Positions 9,801-21,700 of a stretch of DNA of 64,000 nt are shown piece after piece. The position numbers and the translations under genes were made by a program. Source of the stretch: Bdellovibrionota bacterium (GTDB lineage Bacteria; Bdellovibrionota_C; UBA2361; JAAYZI01); NCBI GenBank assembly GCA_050950765.1, contig JBMNIF010000002.1, positions 768,001 to 832,000 of the forward strand, written 5' to 3'. Under the pieces are notes generated by a model. It was given only the letters and a program-made list of their open reading frames with translations, was not told the DNA's origin and did not search any database. Numbering within the stretch: the stretch's first letter is position 1; every line of letters begins with the position of its first letter.

Positions 9801-12123
9801 GCTAGACTTCTATCTAGCTTATATGGATCTTACTATCTGTAAGATCAAGGATTGTCCAAGTAGTTCTGATTATATGGATGTTGCAAGATGCGATATAAAG
9901 TATTGTGAGGAGGAGTTTGGCAAGAAATTAAATGCTCATCAAAATCTTGTTAAAAAAATGGGCACTGTGGATTGTAACGTTTGTGAAAAAGATACGTGTA
10001 AAGCTTCAGGTAAAGAGTATGAATATGTAAAGCCGTGGGGGAAGCCTTGTGTGTGCCGCAATAGCAGATGTGAAGAAGGTAAGTTTGTAATTAGAAGCCC
10101 TAATAAAGATGGTCGCTATATCTGTTGTGATCATAGTGATGATCAATACTGTAAAACAGGAAGGGGGATACTTTGTTGCCCTGCTAGTAAGAGTTGCATT
10201 GAAGATTTTATTGAACAAGAAAAGGTCTGTTGCGATAATCCGTTTACAGATCCCCTCGGGGAGAACACAATTTGTTGCGATGGTGCAAAAGATCAAAAAC
10301 GTAAGTTATGCAAATGTGGTAGTGAGTATCAAGTTCTTTCAAGTGATACAGAGGAGGGCTATCTCTGTTGTGAAGATAAAAATGCTGTGGAGTGTAGTGG
10401 GAAGTGTTGTAGTGGCACCTGCGCTAATGGTGTGTGTTGCGAAGAAGATGAAATAAGTTGTGGTGGTGTTTGCTGTGCAAAGGATAGGTGCGCGCATTCT
10501 CCCGTACAATCAAAGTGTTGTCCGTCAGGAACGAAACTTTGTGGAGACCTCTGTTGCGACTTCTGTGGTTCATCCTCAGGGCTTGACAATTTTGTTTGTG
10601 TAAGATGTCCAGAAGGACAAATTACCTGCGCAGAAAAGTGCTGTAAGCCTGAAGATTGCTATGGGGATCCTGACCCAAGTGCAGGGGTCGATGGTGTTGG
10701 AACCCCCTATTGCCATAATAATTGTGGAGAAGAGGAGTTTGAATGTCCTAATAGTGAAAGGTGTTGTTCGATATATAAAGAGTGCTGTGATAATAAAGAA
10801 GAAAAAGGGTGCTGCCCTAAGTGCGCTAGGGAAGATGTCTTTGTTGGAAGAAAAGATGATAAAAGAAAAACTCCTATCTGTTGTCCGAAAATAAAGCCGT
10901 ACTATAAAGGTGATAATATAAAAGGAAGTCCAGTGTGCTGCGATAAGGATGAGATTAATTGTGGCGGAGTTTGTTGTGCCCCTAACCTGTGTACAAGAGG
11001 AAAATGGGGTTATGCCTGTTGTCCCGCCACTACCTTTACAGGAGAAGAGCAGATAGCTTGTGGAAAAGAGTGTTGTGAAAAGAAGTATTGTGAAAATGGA
11101 ATTTGTAAAATGCCGACAACGACTTCTACGGTAACAGCAACGCCGCCTGATACACCTAATGCAACGGAGTCTCCGACAAAGGCACCAAAACCTAATCAAA
11201 CATCTACACCAGATGAAACAACGACACCAACTTCTAGTGAAACGGTAATGCCAACGCCTAGTGAGACACCGCCACCTGCTGCAACAAAAACTCCGTTAAG
11301 AACGGTAACTCCTACGGTAGTACCATCTAAGACGGTAGCGCCTAGTAATGCTCCTACTCCGACTATTACGAAGAGTGCTACTCCAACAATGACTCCAACA
11401 AAAACGGCTACTCCAACGAAAACGCCGACGCCTTCAAGGACACCGACGAAAACACCTACAAAGACACCAACGCCGACTCCGACGATAACGCCGACAGTAA
11501 CATCAACTCTTTCACCGACACCTACTTGTCCTACGGGGATAGACTTTAATGAGATTAGTCAAAGTTGTTGTTCAAAAGATCTTCCGTACTATATTAGTAA
11601 AGAGGAGCCGAATATCGGGATGTGTTGTAAATTAGCAACAGATACCCTTTGCGGAAGTTATGAAGTACAGTGTTGTGCTAGTGGACAGTGTACTTCGGGA
11701 GACTTAGGGGATCAGACCTGCTGTGCTGCTACTACCTCTAGTGGCAAAAAGCAGATCGCTTGCGGAAGTGTCTGCTGCGAAGAAACATATTGTAAAAGCG
11801 GAGTTTGTAAAACACCAACTCCTACACCTACAAAAACTCCAACAAAAACACCTACGCCAAGTGTAACTAAAACACCAACGAATACTCCAACAAAAACGCC
11901 AACGCCAAGTGTAACAAAGACACCGACAAAAACTCCTACACCAACTCCAACCCCTAAACTAACACCTATACCAACAGTGACGAAGTCTCCAATAAAGACA
12001 CCAACCCCTACACCATCAGCAACCTTTAATCCGTTCTTTACAGAAAGTGTCACACCAACACCACTGCCGACACCGTTCTACACGGAAACAACAGGCACAC
12101 CGATGCAATCCCCAAATTTTTAA
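6805..12123 (+). CDS. large secreted multidomain protein: Lys-rich beta-sandwich-like N region, DxDxDG Ca-binding repeats, HExxHxxGxxD zinc metalloprotease, Cys-rich repeats, Pro/Thr stalks
   Basis: Signal peptide; [43 protein letters not shown] followed by SIM (Met-turn-like); many CC/CGGVCC repeats; TPTKTP repeats. Confidence 0.8.
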   Translation: MKKERMMKVKTVVFLLSLILLLLIGVPNFFNFTSNAADDLISSDLKRSDAALLPATLPFDLTTKKGGEVIKCTNFSETLDATVSITVIGAKNEVTTEDISIKSASEEVFDIRQIAGFKKKIKRSKYGIIDFNSQDKDVSCEIISYDYQYRDILKDVYSTRSVGRDDILSGESYIIASPHIYKKPLALKTLVIHNTASEPLNLNITGYSNVGKKILGKDNVSIPPYGRYALRVRNSAHATYHLTPNVTEGAATPQYVAYLRVTSNARESAPYQKVHFIKPSKTFEESALFPAKGVLVVSNISSAPTLFNYEVYTKGLKVYEGTEWVLPYAQRYLDLKKQLKKLDKPTIKLIPENQFRPKVCDSEGKCVTSMQRGLLVVNQYDSVKRNPYQVFDNRYYNGTSLFATFDNTLKEKTTLQIVNSNPKDAEVSLLINQGGDYKKHIYTLGGNSTLTVALRKLVKKNTLGYILFSSDKAITVYVRSFYKGGSSREYFATPLENLDSDFVSDSRFRDNTLQESFNFSSAVTYSKLPVTCFKYAGFKDSDGDGLCDHEEVAIGSNPRKTDTDNDGISDGEELYHYFSSPLLKDSDNDGYSDAEEIEAGTRPYDANVFPEREFGDLTIRFDSTGQVMKTRPPISYALNSAHTWPGNTFKSSDWEYPSITALIPFFAHSKATTTSHVELYNKIARGEPITYGVVDMRKSETARKKFSRDDLAELAQMYIEAYLGMIRDVIKNASCEVKEDLGGIKETPSQDEDALLQGDRVPEGAPDIFIRLIDQECDGEHWYTATSYVDPFTRELTLWRVGIEPASKTEYTLAHELGHKFGLIDLYQTGIRDVFPRSIMKSDSYCMTGFDVLNIYIRSIMQLTNFQLSYSDIIQDHLHSCTTDAIPDGVKIVYEYDGKVQETPCFKKEEIIIISPLSGEIFEYEWCVYNELRSVERSKIGSERIKEVERLKIFPATIVSPMCDPKDIECNNKHVKCRQEFFNTYIKCVVYKGEQLQAWLDFYLAYMDLTICKIKDCPSSSDYMDVARCDIKYCEEEFGKKLNAHQNLVKKMGTVDCNVCEKDTCKASGKEYEYVKPWGKPCVCRNSRCEEGKFVIRSPNKDGRYICCDHSDDQYCKTGRGILCCPASKSCIEDFIEQEKVCCDNPFTDPLGENTICCDGAKDQKRKLCKCGSEYQVLSSDTEEGYLCCEDKNAVECSGKCCSGTCANGVCCEEDEISCGGVCCAKDRCAHSPVQSKCCPSGTKLCGDLCCDFCGSSSGLDNFVCVRCPEGQITCAEKCCKPEDCYGDPDPSAGVDGVGTPYCHNNCGEEEFECPNSERCCSIYKECCDNKEEKGCCPKCAREDVFVGRKDDKRKTPICCPKIKPYYKGDNIKGSPVCCDKDEINCGGVCCAPNLCTRGKWGYACCPATTFTGEEQIACGKECCEKKYCENGICKMPTTTSTVTATPPDTPNATESPTKAPKPNQTSTPDETTTPTSSETVMPTPSETPPPAATKTPLRTVTPTVVPSKTVAPSNAPTPTITKSATPTMTPTKTATPTKTPTPSRTPTKTPTKTPTPTPTITPTVTSTLSPTPTCPTGIDFNEISQSCCSKDLPYYISKEEPNIGMCCKLATDTLCGSYEVQCCASGQCTSGDLGDQTCCAATTSSGKKQIACGSVCCEETYCKSGVCKTPTPTPTKTPTKTPTPSVTKTPTNTPTKTPTPSVTKTPTKTPTPTPTPKLTPIPTVTKSPIKTPTPTPSATFNPFFTESVTPTPLPTPFYTETTGTPMQSPNF

Positions 12124-12256
12124 CCTCCGTTCAAACCTTTGACCTCCGTCTAGACCTAGCCGATCTTGAATCGCGCCCGTTCCAATTTTTTGACCTACGT
12201 CTAGATCTAAGTGATTCGCCCTGCAAGTTGCAGCCCGTTCAAGTGCCCTTAGAGGG
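12115..12256 (-). repeat. dispersed mosaic repeat family (GAACGGGCTG...ACGGAGGTTAAAAATT), degenerate copies
   Basis: Reverse complement contains CCCTCTAAGGGCACTTGAACGGGCTGCAAC...TAGATCT...ACGGAGGTTAAAAATTT, matching the units at 26.0-26.4 kb. Confidence 0.75.
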
Positions 12257-12279
12257 ATCGTGCTTGAAGGGTGGTAGCA

Positions 12280-12987
12280 CTACTTATTAAACCAGTTGTC
12301 AGCTCTTTCAGTCATTTCGTTTAATGTTGCTTCCAACTGTAAAAGTGCTTGATCAAACTCCGCACCTACTAAGTCTTTAGGAAAGCGTAGCGGTTCGCCT
12401 AAAATATAAACGGCGGGGGAGAACGGTTTTGGAATAATCATGCCGTCCCAACTTGAAAGTTTCCAAACCTGTTTTGCACTGTAAGTGACGGGGAGGATCG
12501 TGGCGCCTGTCATAACGGCGAGAGATAATACACCTTGCTTTGCTTTGTATCTCGGCCCCCTTGGACCATCAGGTGTAAAGCAGACGTGGTGCCCCTCTTC
12601 TATCTTTGCAGCTAAAGATCTAAGAGCATTTACTCCACCATAAGAAGAAGATCCGAAAACAGTAGAGATCTTTAAAGCACGCATAATCTCACTAATAATT
12701 CTCCCGTCAGTATGGTGCGAGATCAGAACAAACATCTCTCTTTTGCAGTTCGAGCTTTTATGCTCAAGGTAGACCCAAGGGATCATCAACTGTCTGCCAT
12801 GCCAAAAAACACCGATAATAGGTTCTTTATCACCCCATAAAGCTTTATCACCATCAAAACCGACCTTCTCCCAACGAAGGGTGGCGTGGATAAACCTTAA
12901 TAACACCGCTCCCACCTTTGCAGCGATAAAGACTTTTAGATGCTGCTTAAATGATAGCTTTCTATGAGATCTTTTTTGCTCAGCCAT
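12280..12987 (-). CDS. DUF374 / lysophospholipid acyltransferase family protein
   Basis: FWHGRQLM, LISHHTDGRII, GSSSYGG, TPDGPRGPR, SWDGMIIPKPF; lies directly downstream of msbA. Confidence 0.9.
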   Translation of the reverse strand: MAEQKRSHRKLSFKQHLKVFIAAKVGAVLLRFIHATLRWEKVGFDGDKALWGDKEPIIGVFWHGRQLMIPWVYLEHKSSNCKREMFVLISHHTDGRIISEIMRALKISTVFGSSSYGGVNALRSLAAKIEEGHHVCFTPDGPRGPRYKAKQGVLSLAVMTGATILPVTYSAKQVWKLSSWDGMIIPKPFSPAVYILGEPLRFPKDLVGAEFDQALLQLEATLNEMTERADNWFNK

Positions 12988-13000
12988 GATCCTTTAAACT

Positions 13001-14812
13001 TTATCCCGCTTTAAACTGTAAGGCGTGTAGTTTTGAGAAACAGCCACCACGTTTTAATAGTTCATCGTGTGTGCCAACTTCAACAATGGTGCCGTTTTCC
13101 ATAACGATAATTTTGTCAGCTGTTTGAATTGTTGAAAGACGGTGTGCAATAACAACTGTGGTGCGTTGACGAATTAAACTTTCCAGCGCTGCCTGCACTT
13201 CTCTTTCAGACCTGTTATCAAGAGAAGCTGTGGCTTCATCTAAGATTAAAATCGGAGCGTCTTTAAGGATAGCACGTGCAATAGCGATACGTTGTCTCTC
13301 TCCGCCAGATAAACTAAAACCACTTTCTCCAACTACCGTGTTAAACTTCTGTGGTAGCTGCATAATAAAATCATAAGCGTAAGCTGTTTTTGCGGCTTGA
13401 ATAACTTCAGCTTCTGTACACCCTTCTTTACCGTAAGCGATGTTGTTGTAGATGGTATCATTAAAAAGGAAGGTGTGTTGAGTGACCATAGCGATTCTGC
13501 GACGCACTTCTGCGATCGCAACATCTTTAATATTGACGCCACCAATAAAGATGGAACCACTTTGCGGATCTATAAAACGGGGAATAAGTGCAACTAAGGT
13601 GCTCTTTCCTGCTCCCGAAAAACCGACTAAGGCAACGCGACTATTTTCTTCAACGGCCATGTTGATATTCTTTAAAGCAGGTGCTTTATCGGCAGCGTAG
13701 CTGAAAGTTACATCTTTAATAACGATATCATTTCCGCTCCCTAGTGGGATCGTATCTCCCTTATCCTGTACGGAAGGTGGAGTGTTTAACAGTTCATAAA
13801 TTCTATCAGTGCCGGAGATGCCTTGTTGTAGCTGATTATTTATTTTGCTGAGTCGTTTAAACGGTGCATATAAAAGGAAGATAGAAGTTAAAAATGATAA
13901 AAACATCCCTGAACTTCTGCCACCATCCATTACAGCAAAACCACCGAACAGAAGCACTCCAGCGATAGCAAAGATCGCCATGACTTCATTTAGAGGTCCT
14001 ATGGCGGCACGAATACGTTCAGACTTAATAAATGTACGGGTTAGATTCTCATTTTCTTTAGCGAATCGTTCCTCTTCAAATTTTTCACGATTAAAAATTT
14101 TAACGATCTGGTGTCCGAGCACAGTTTCTTGAATCAATCCGCTAATACTGCCGATGGCATCTTGCCCGCGCTTACTTAATTTACGGATCCTACGACTAAA
14201 GCGGTAAACAGGGATAAAGCCAACTACAAAAGCCACAAAAGCTACTGATGCCAAGATAGGATCAAGACAGATCGCATAAGCTAGTAATGCAATAATGCTA
14301 ATAATATCTTTAACAATTGAAGCTAAAGAGCTAGTTAAGATATCTCGTACTAAGATAACATCACTGGTGAATCTCGCTAAAATATCTCCGACAGATTTTG
14401 TTAAAAAGAAATCAGAACCCATCTTTAATAGGTGTGAGTTCATCTTATTTCTAATATCGCGAGTGACGTTATGCCCAACTTTTGCCATTAGAAATTGCTG
14501 TCCGAAGTCCAGCGCTGCACGGATAAAGGCGAAGATGATTAGCGCTGCAAACATAACCCACAGCAGGTCTCTACTTTTGTCATTAAAGACCTTATCTAAA
14601 ACGTTTCGTATTAAAAACGGAATACCCGCTTCAGATGCACCAAAAAGCGCCATGCAAATTAAGGCTGCAATAAACTGCCAACGATACGGTTTTAGGTAAA
14701 TGTAGATCCTCCGCCAAGTTTGAGGTAATGCCGATATCTTGAGGCGTTGCTTCTTCTCTTTTTTCCCCTGTTTGGAAAAAGGCTCTTGAATAGTGTCGGT
14801 ATTGTTGCTCAT
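13001..14812 (-). CDS. msbA: lipid A export ABC transporter permease/ATPase MsbA-like
   Basis: Six-TM domain plus GFSGAGKST, LSGGERQR, ILDEATASLD, IAHRLST. Start is uncertain (14812-14860). Confidence 0.85.
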   Translation of the reverse strand: MSNNTDTIQEPFSKQGKKEKKQRLKISALPQTWRRIYIYLKPYRWQFIAALICMALFGASEAGIPFLIRNVLDKVFNDKSRDLLWVMFAALIIFAFIRAALDFGQQFLMAKVGHNVTRDIRNKMNSHLLKMGSDFFLTKSVGDILARFTSDVILVRDILTSSLASIVKDIISIIALLAYAICLDPILASVAFVAFVVGFIPVYRFSRRIRKLSKRGQDAIGSISGLIQETVLGHQIVKIFNREKFEEERFAKENENLTRTFIKSERIRAAIGPLNEVMAIFAIAGVLLFGGFAVMDGGRSSGMFLSFLTSIFLLYAPFKRLSKINNQLQQGISGTDRIYELLNTPPSVQDKGDTIPLGSGNDIVIKDVTFSYAADKAPALKNINMAVEENSRVALVGFSGAGKSTLVALIPRFIDPQSGSIFIGGVNIKDVAIAEVRRRIAMVTQHTFLFNDTIYNNIAYGKEGCTEAEVIQAAKTAYAYDFIMQLPQKFNTVVGESGFSLSGGERQRIAIARAILKDAPILILDEATASLDNRSEREVQAALESLIRQRTTVVIAHRLSTIQTADKIIVMENGTIVEVGTHDELLKRGGCFSKLHALQFKAG

Positions 14813-15084
14813 AAAATTATCCATCCTCTGCAAGGGTAACGGAAGTTTTGAAGTACACACTATAAAGGGAATGATAGTTAAGATCCAGCCCGCTTAACAC
14901 TTTAAATTTATTATTAAAGCACCTTACTGAATTAAAGTCGTTATTTTGATGTTGTGCCGTTAAAAGTAGGGAGACCATGCGATTTTTACAATTTGGCGGA
15001 CTACTTTTTTATTATAAGTGATCCCTGTTCTATATTCTTGTAAAAAAATTACAATGCTTAAAAAAATTAAACCCTATCTAGTTT

Positions 15085-15555
15085 TTATGGTCGTGCTAAC
15101 CGTTCTGTTAAATTCTCACGATAAACCTTAGCCCCTGAAGATATTATAGCGTCAAAAATTAAATCTAGAGTTTCTTCTAGCGTTTCTTTAGTTATTTTGT
15201 CGATGTTTTGATGAATTATTGATGAATCAAAACCGTCATCAAAATTTCCAAGATTCATTAGATCTCTGACACATATAGAATCTTCGGTTAATGCTGAAAG
15301 CTCTGGATATGTAATATTGCGCAAACCTTTTACTACTATACATACTAAAACTTGCTCTGCTGTCATGTCATTACCTGCCTCAGGTACGTCGTTATCTTGT
15401 GCTAAGTCTGCATCGATACTTGCACATATCTTATCAAATGTCGGTGAGGCGCGAAGATCGGCAAAACACTTTTTAAGTTCCCCAATTCGGTCTCTTTTTT
15501 CTGTCTGTGATGTGCGAAAAGTAGGTGTTCGTGTCCTAATTGTCTTAGTCTCCAT
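15085..15555 (-). CDS. stand-alone transposase N-terminal (DUF772/InsH-like, ISNCY/IS5-type) domain protein lacking the DDE core
   Basis: MTAEQVLVCIVVKGLRNITYPEL...EDS...SIIHQNIDKITKETLE resembles the transposase motif MTAEQVLR...LKQ...SYeEL...DS...STLQeNI..I..ETwE. It stops before the catalytic Asp. Confidence 0.6.
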   Translation of the reverse strand: METKTIRTRTPTFRTSQTEKRDRIGELKKCFADLRASPTFDKICASIDADLAQDNDVPEAGNDMTAEQVLVCIVVKGLRNITYPELSALTEDSICVRDLMNLGNFDDGFDSSIIHQNIDKITKETLEETLDLIFDAIISSGAKVYRENLTERLARP

Positions 15556-15733
15556 TAACTTTCGTCCTTATGATTGCTGTAAAATTGATAAAAAATAGAT
15601 CTTATGGAGGAATTAAAATACATTACTACAATGGATGAAAACAGTCGATCCTTTCCCCCCTTATTTTAGCTTAATGTGATAAAATAAGCCTTTATTAAGA
15701 TTCAATAGAAACTATTTAGTAGTTGCCCTTATC

Positions 15734-18700
15734 TCATTTTAAGATAACTTCTTTTTTCTCACTCCAAGGGGTTCTGTGTATGATCTTCTTACCGTTAAGT
15801 AGTAGTACCCTATAACGTACAGAGTAACGTTTGTGCGTAATCTTTAAAGAGAGCACATTTTTCTCATTTGGAAGAGCTCTTCGGATCTTCTTTTGTTTTA
15901 CCACCTTCCCGCGCTGTTTATATCTTCTTGCAATAATCTCCATCTGATAACGGATCTTCATCTTATTATGTGCATTCTGTTTCCCTATTCTTTTAGCAGC
16001 TATCTGTTTTGAAGCGGCTGCATTGAAGTGTTCACCGTAAATAAATAACTTTCTCTTTCTTGCCTGTACGTACGGTTTTAACGGAGGGTTGCTGAAACCG
16101 ATAATAAGCACCTGATCGCTCTTGATGTTAGAATCGAAACAATCAGGGATACCGTTGTTATTGATATCAGTGTCAGGTGTTTCACAACCGCACACCCCCC
16201 TCTCGCTCTTAATACTATCGTATGGACACTCATCAAAACAATCCGCTACCCCATCGCCATCAGTATCGATATCAGGAACACCACAGCCACAGATCCCTTC
16301 TTCCGTTTTTAGAGGATCGTCAGGACACCGATCTTCTTGCGGCGGTGTGGGGTGCAGGGTGGGAGAGATAGTAGGTGTTGGCGTTAAAGTTAGTGATGGA
16401 GTCGGTGTATAAACAGGTATCACTGTCGGAGTTGATGTAGGTGTGCTAGTGGCGCTCTCTGTCTGAAGAGGTGTCGGAGTACTTGTAGCAGTTGTAGTAG
16501 GTGTTGCAGTAGGTTCCTCCGTAGCTTTCGGTGTAGCAGTTGGAATCGGTGTAGGAGTACTTGTAGCAGTTGGCGTTGGAGTAGGAGTTGCAGCAGGTTC
16601 TTCCGTTACTATCGGCGTAGCAGTTGGTGTAGCACTTGGTGCCCCTTCAGGTGTAGCAGTTGGAATCGGTGTAGGAGTACTTGTAGCAGTTGGAGTAGGT
16701 GTTGCAGTTGGTTCCTCCGTTACTATCGGCGTAGCAGTAGGTGTTGCAGTTGGTTCTTCTGTTACTATCGGTGTAGCCGTTGGTGTAGCACTTGGTGCCC
16801 CTTCAGGCGTAGCCGTTGGAATCGGTGTAGGAGTACTTGTAGCAGTTGGAGTAGGAGTTGCAGTTGGTTCTTCTGTTACTATCGGTGTAGCCGTTGGTGT
16901 AGCACTTGGTGCCCCTTCAGGTGTAGCCGTTGGAATCGGTGTAGGAGCACTTGTAGCAGTTGGAGTAGGAGTTGCAGTTGGTTCTTCTGTTACTATCGGT
17001 GTAGCCGTTGGTGTAGCACTTGGTGCCCCTTCAGGTGTAGCCGTTGGAATCGGTGTAGGAGTACTTGTAATAGTTGGAGTTGGAGTTGCAGCAGGTTCTT
17101 CTGTTACTATCGGTGTAGCCGTTGCAGTAGCACTTGGTGCCCCTTCAGGTGTAGCAGTTGGAATTGGGGTAGGGGTACTTGTAGTAGTTGGAGTTATAGT
17201 AGGCGTAGGTGTTGGTGTTGCAGTAGGAGTAGCACTTGGTGCCCCTTCAGGTGTCGCAGTTGGAATTGGGGTAGGGGTGTTCGAATCTTCAGGGTACGGC
17301 GTTGAGCAACCACTTGCAAAGCCGAAAGCCCTAAGAAGTGGTTTAAAGAACGGCATCAGTTGATCCTCTTCCGGATCATCTACACAATAATCCTTACAAT
17401 TTAAGATGCCATCTCCATCAAAATCTCCGAATTCGCCAGACTCATCAGGCGTACACCTACCGTAATATGATCTACAAGAAGCATACTTATCGCAGGTACA
17501 CGTTACAGCAGCACAACCAGGGAGAGGGTTTCCGGAAGAATCAACTTCACACTCTTTAGCGCAATCACCTACTGGGCCACTTTTTTCAAATTCACCGATT
17601 TTGCAGATATCAAAATCTCGTCTAAAAGCGCCGCTAAAGTCTCTATAATTACATCCGCAGATCCCTGCTTCTGTTCTAAGTACATCATTCGGGCAACCAT
17701 CGATACAGTCAGGCACCCCGTCACTATCAGTATCCACTAGAGACTCTACCACTCCACAACCACAGACCCCCGCTTCAGTTTTGTTAGGATCTGACGGACA
17801 GTTATCGATACAGTCAGGCGTACCATCTCCATCGCTATCTGTTTCAGGAACACCGCAACCACAAACTCCAGGGAATAATTTGTTTTCATCAAAAGGACAC
17901 AGGTCACAATCGGGATCAAGCTCATCTGCTAAGCCATCACAATCATTATCGAGACCATCTGTACACAAAAGTTCTGTATTTTCAGGAACGGCGTTACCTT
18001 CATTCGGAACAGCATCGCACACCACACTACTATTTGTCAGAGCACCGTCACAGTTATAAGTGCCCGCACTTCTACAAACGCCGTTACCCGCAAAGCAGAC
18101 TTCACCTAATTGTGAAAAGTTAGGATCTTCACAACACGCTGCGGCAGGCGTTGTAATATTACACGTCACAGGATCTGTCGGAAGTGGGCCTGAACATTGA
18201 TACGTTCCTGTTGCAACACAATTTCCGCTACCCGTCGTGCATGCTTGTCCTATCTGAGCATAATTAGGATCTTCAAAACAGCCAGGACACGGTAAGTCTG
18301 AGCCGTCACAATCTTCATCGATGCCGTTACCGCAAATTTCAGTTGTAGGTTCAACGTTTGGAGCAGAACACGTTAAAACCCCTCCATCGCAAAGAGACAT
18401 CGTGCCTGTTCTATAACACGCACCGAGTAGCCCATTATTACAAGCATCTCCGTAGCCTGCAGCATCAGTATCAGTTATACCATCACAGTCATCATCGATA
18501 TTATTACAAGCGACTTCTGTTGTAGGTTCAACGTTTGGAGCAGAGCACGTTAAAACTCCTCCTTCACAAACCGACATCGTGCCTGTTTGATAACACGCAC
18601 CGAGTAACCCGTTATTGCAAGCATCTCCGTAACCTGCAGCATCAGTATCAGTTATACCGTCACAGTCATCATCGATATTATTACAAGCGATTTCAGTTGT

Positions 18701-21700
18701 AGGCTCAACGTTTGGAGCAGAGCACGTTAAAACCCCTCCCTCACAAACTGACATCGTGCCTGTTTGATAACACGCACCGAGTAGTCCATTATTACAAGCA
18801 TCTCCGTAACCTGCAGCATCAGTATCAGTTATACCGTCACAGTCATCATCGATATCGTTACAAGCGATCTCAGTTGTAGGAGAATTTGTCTGATTACAAA
18901 CTACACTTCCAGCGTTACAAGATGTTGTTCCTGCTGCACACCAACCGTGTAGCCCTGTGTCACAAGATACAGAAACGTAATCTTCATCAGTTAATCCATC
19001 ACAATCATCATCGATACCGTTACAGAGGCTATCATCTGCTAGCGGCAGCTCTCCTGTATCACTACACACAACCGCACCGTTATCACAGATCCAGTTTCCT
19101 GAATAAGCACACCTTCCAACACCGCCGGAACAAACACTTCCTAGTAGTCCATAATTTGGATCGCCGTAACACTCTGGAGTTGGGGTAGGTGTAGGTGTTC
19201 CCGTTGGTTCATTCGTCGGTGTTGGTGTCGGTTCATTTGTTGGGGTTGGTGTCGCGGTTGGAGTATTTGTAGGAGCACCTCCTTGATAAACTATACTATA
19301 ATCACCTGCGGCTCCGTAACAACAACTACCATTTATTCCGCTACACCCCAACTGATTTACATTAGCATAATCCCAGTGTGCACAGCAGGCAGCTTGACAC
19401 GGTGCGGTTCCAGTGCCATCGAAGATTTCAATAGGTGTTGGGTTGTTTATATTACCAGTAGAGCCATCTCCTAGCGCTCCATATTCCGAATCTCCCCAAC
19501 AAAAAAGTTCACCTAGATCTGATACTGCACATGTATGCCACCCACCACTAGCCACTTGAAATGTACTGTCGCCAAGTGTGCCGTCTACTGCGACAGGAAT
19601 TTGTGAACCTACTGTAAAACCACTTCCTAATTCTCCATTACCACCAGTTCCCCAACAAAAAAGTTTTTCCGTTATCGTTTTTGCACAGGTATGAGGATTA
19701 TCCCCTAGTGTAGTAGATACTTGACTTACATCTTCTAAATATGTGCCTACACCAGCCTGCTCACCTTTTAAAACCCTTGTAGGAGTATATTGTCCTGTTT
19801 TAAAACCGATACCCAATTGTCCAGGGCCATTATCTCCCCAACAGTAGAGCTCTTCTGTGGTTGTTACTGCACATGTATACATCGCTCCAGCTGATACTTG
19901 CCTTACATTTTCTAAATAATTAGTTGAACTTATTTGGGCACCTTTTAAAACTTTGACAGGGGTGTCTTGTGAAGAAGCGGAACCGATTCCCAACTGTCCC
20001 GAAAAATTACCTCCCCAACAGTAGAGCTCTCCTTGAGTTGTGACGGCGCAGGTATGATATTCTCCAGCAGAAACTTGGCTTACATCTTCTAAATACGTAC
20101 CTGCACCTCCCTGTTCTCCTTTTAAAACCCTAGCAGGAGTGGTTGCCGACCAAGTTGAAGGATTTATTCCCAACCGCCCATAGTCATTATCTCCCCAACA
20201 GTAGAGTTCTCCTTGTGTTGTTACGGCACAGGTGTGATTAGCTCCAGTAGAAACTTGGCTTACATCTTTTAAAAAAGTTCCGCCCTGTTCTCCCCCCTTT
20301 ACCAAGTCCGGTCTTAAACTATTACTTGTACCCCCATTGCCTAATTGCCCACTATCTCCCCTTCCCCAACAGTAGAGCTCTCCATCTCCTGTTACGGCGC
20401 AGGTATGATCATGACCTGCAGAAACTTGGCTTGCTCCATTTAAAAAAGTTCCGCCCTGTTCTCCCCCCTTTACCAAGTCCGGTCTTAAACTATTACTTGT
20501 ACCCCCATTGCCTAATTGCCCTCTATCTCCCTTTCCCCAACAATATACATTTTTATCTATATCTGCTGTTATGGCGCAGGTATGTCTATCACCAGCACTT
20601 ACCGATAGCATTGATTTTTGTATAGGAGTTGGCGTTGGTGTTGGCTCATCTGTCGGAGTCCCAGTTGGAGAATCCGTTGGATTATTTGTCGGTGTCCCTG
20701 TTGGAGAGTCAGTTGGATTATTAGTCGGAGTCCCTGTCGGTTGGTTTGTTGGATTATTTGTAGGTGTTCCCGTTGGTTCATTCGTCGGTGTTGGTGTCGG
20801 TTCATTTGTTGGGGTTGGTGTCGCGGTTGGAGTACTTGTAGGAGCACCTCCTTGATAAACTATACTATAATCACCTGCGGCTCCGTAACAACAACTACCA
20901 TTTATTCCGCTACACCCCAACTGATTTACATTAGCATAATCCCAGTGTGCACAGCAGGCAGCTTGACACGGTGCGGTTCCAGTGCCATCGAAGATTTCAA
21001 TAGGTGTTGGGTTGTTTATATTACCAGTAGAGCCATCTCCTAGCGCTCCATATTCCGAATCTCCCCAACAAAAAAGTTCACCTAGATCTGATACTGCACA
21101 TGTATGCCACCCACCACTAGCCACTTGAAATGTACTGTCGCCAAGTGTGCCGTCTACTGCGACAGGAATTTGTGAACCTACTGTAAAACCACTTCCTAAT
21201 TCTCCATTACCACCAGTTCCCCAACAAAAAAGTTTTTCCGTTATCGTTTTTGCACAGGTATGAGGATTATGCCCTAGTGTAGTAGATACTTGACTTAGAT
21301 TTTCTAAATATGTACCTACACCAGCCTGCTCACCTTTTAAAACCCTTGTAGGAGTATATTGTCCTGTTTTAAAACCGATACCCAATTGTCCAGAGCCATT
21401 ATTTCCCCAACAGTAGAGCTCTTCTGTGGTTGTTACTGCACATGTATACATCGCTCCAGCTGATACTTGCCTTACATTTTCTAAATATGTACCTCCGCCG
21501 CCCTGTTCTCCTTTTAAAACTCTTACAATAGTAGTTTGCAGTGCCGCAGAATTGATTCCCAACTGTCCCGAAAAATTACCTCCCCAACAGTAGAGCTCTC
21601 CTTGAGTTGTGACGGCGCAGGTATGATCATATCCAGCAGAAACTTGGCTTACATCTTCTAAATACGTACCTGCACCTCCCTGTTCTCCTTTTAAAACCCT

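Noticed and set aside
14977..15042. 21-codon ORF MRFLQFGGLLFIISDPCSIFL with an AGGGAG RBS
   Set aside because: Too short to support without homology or expression data.
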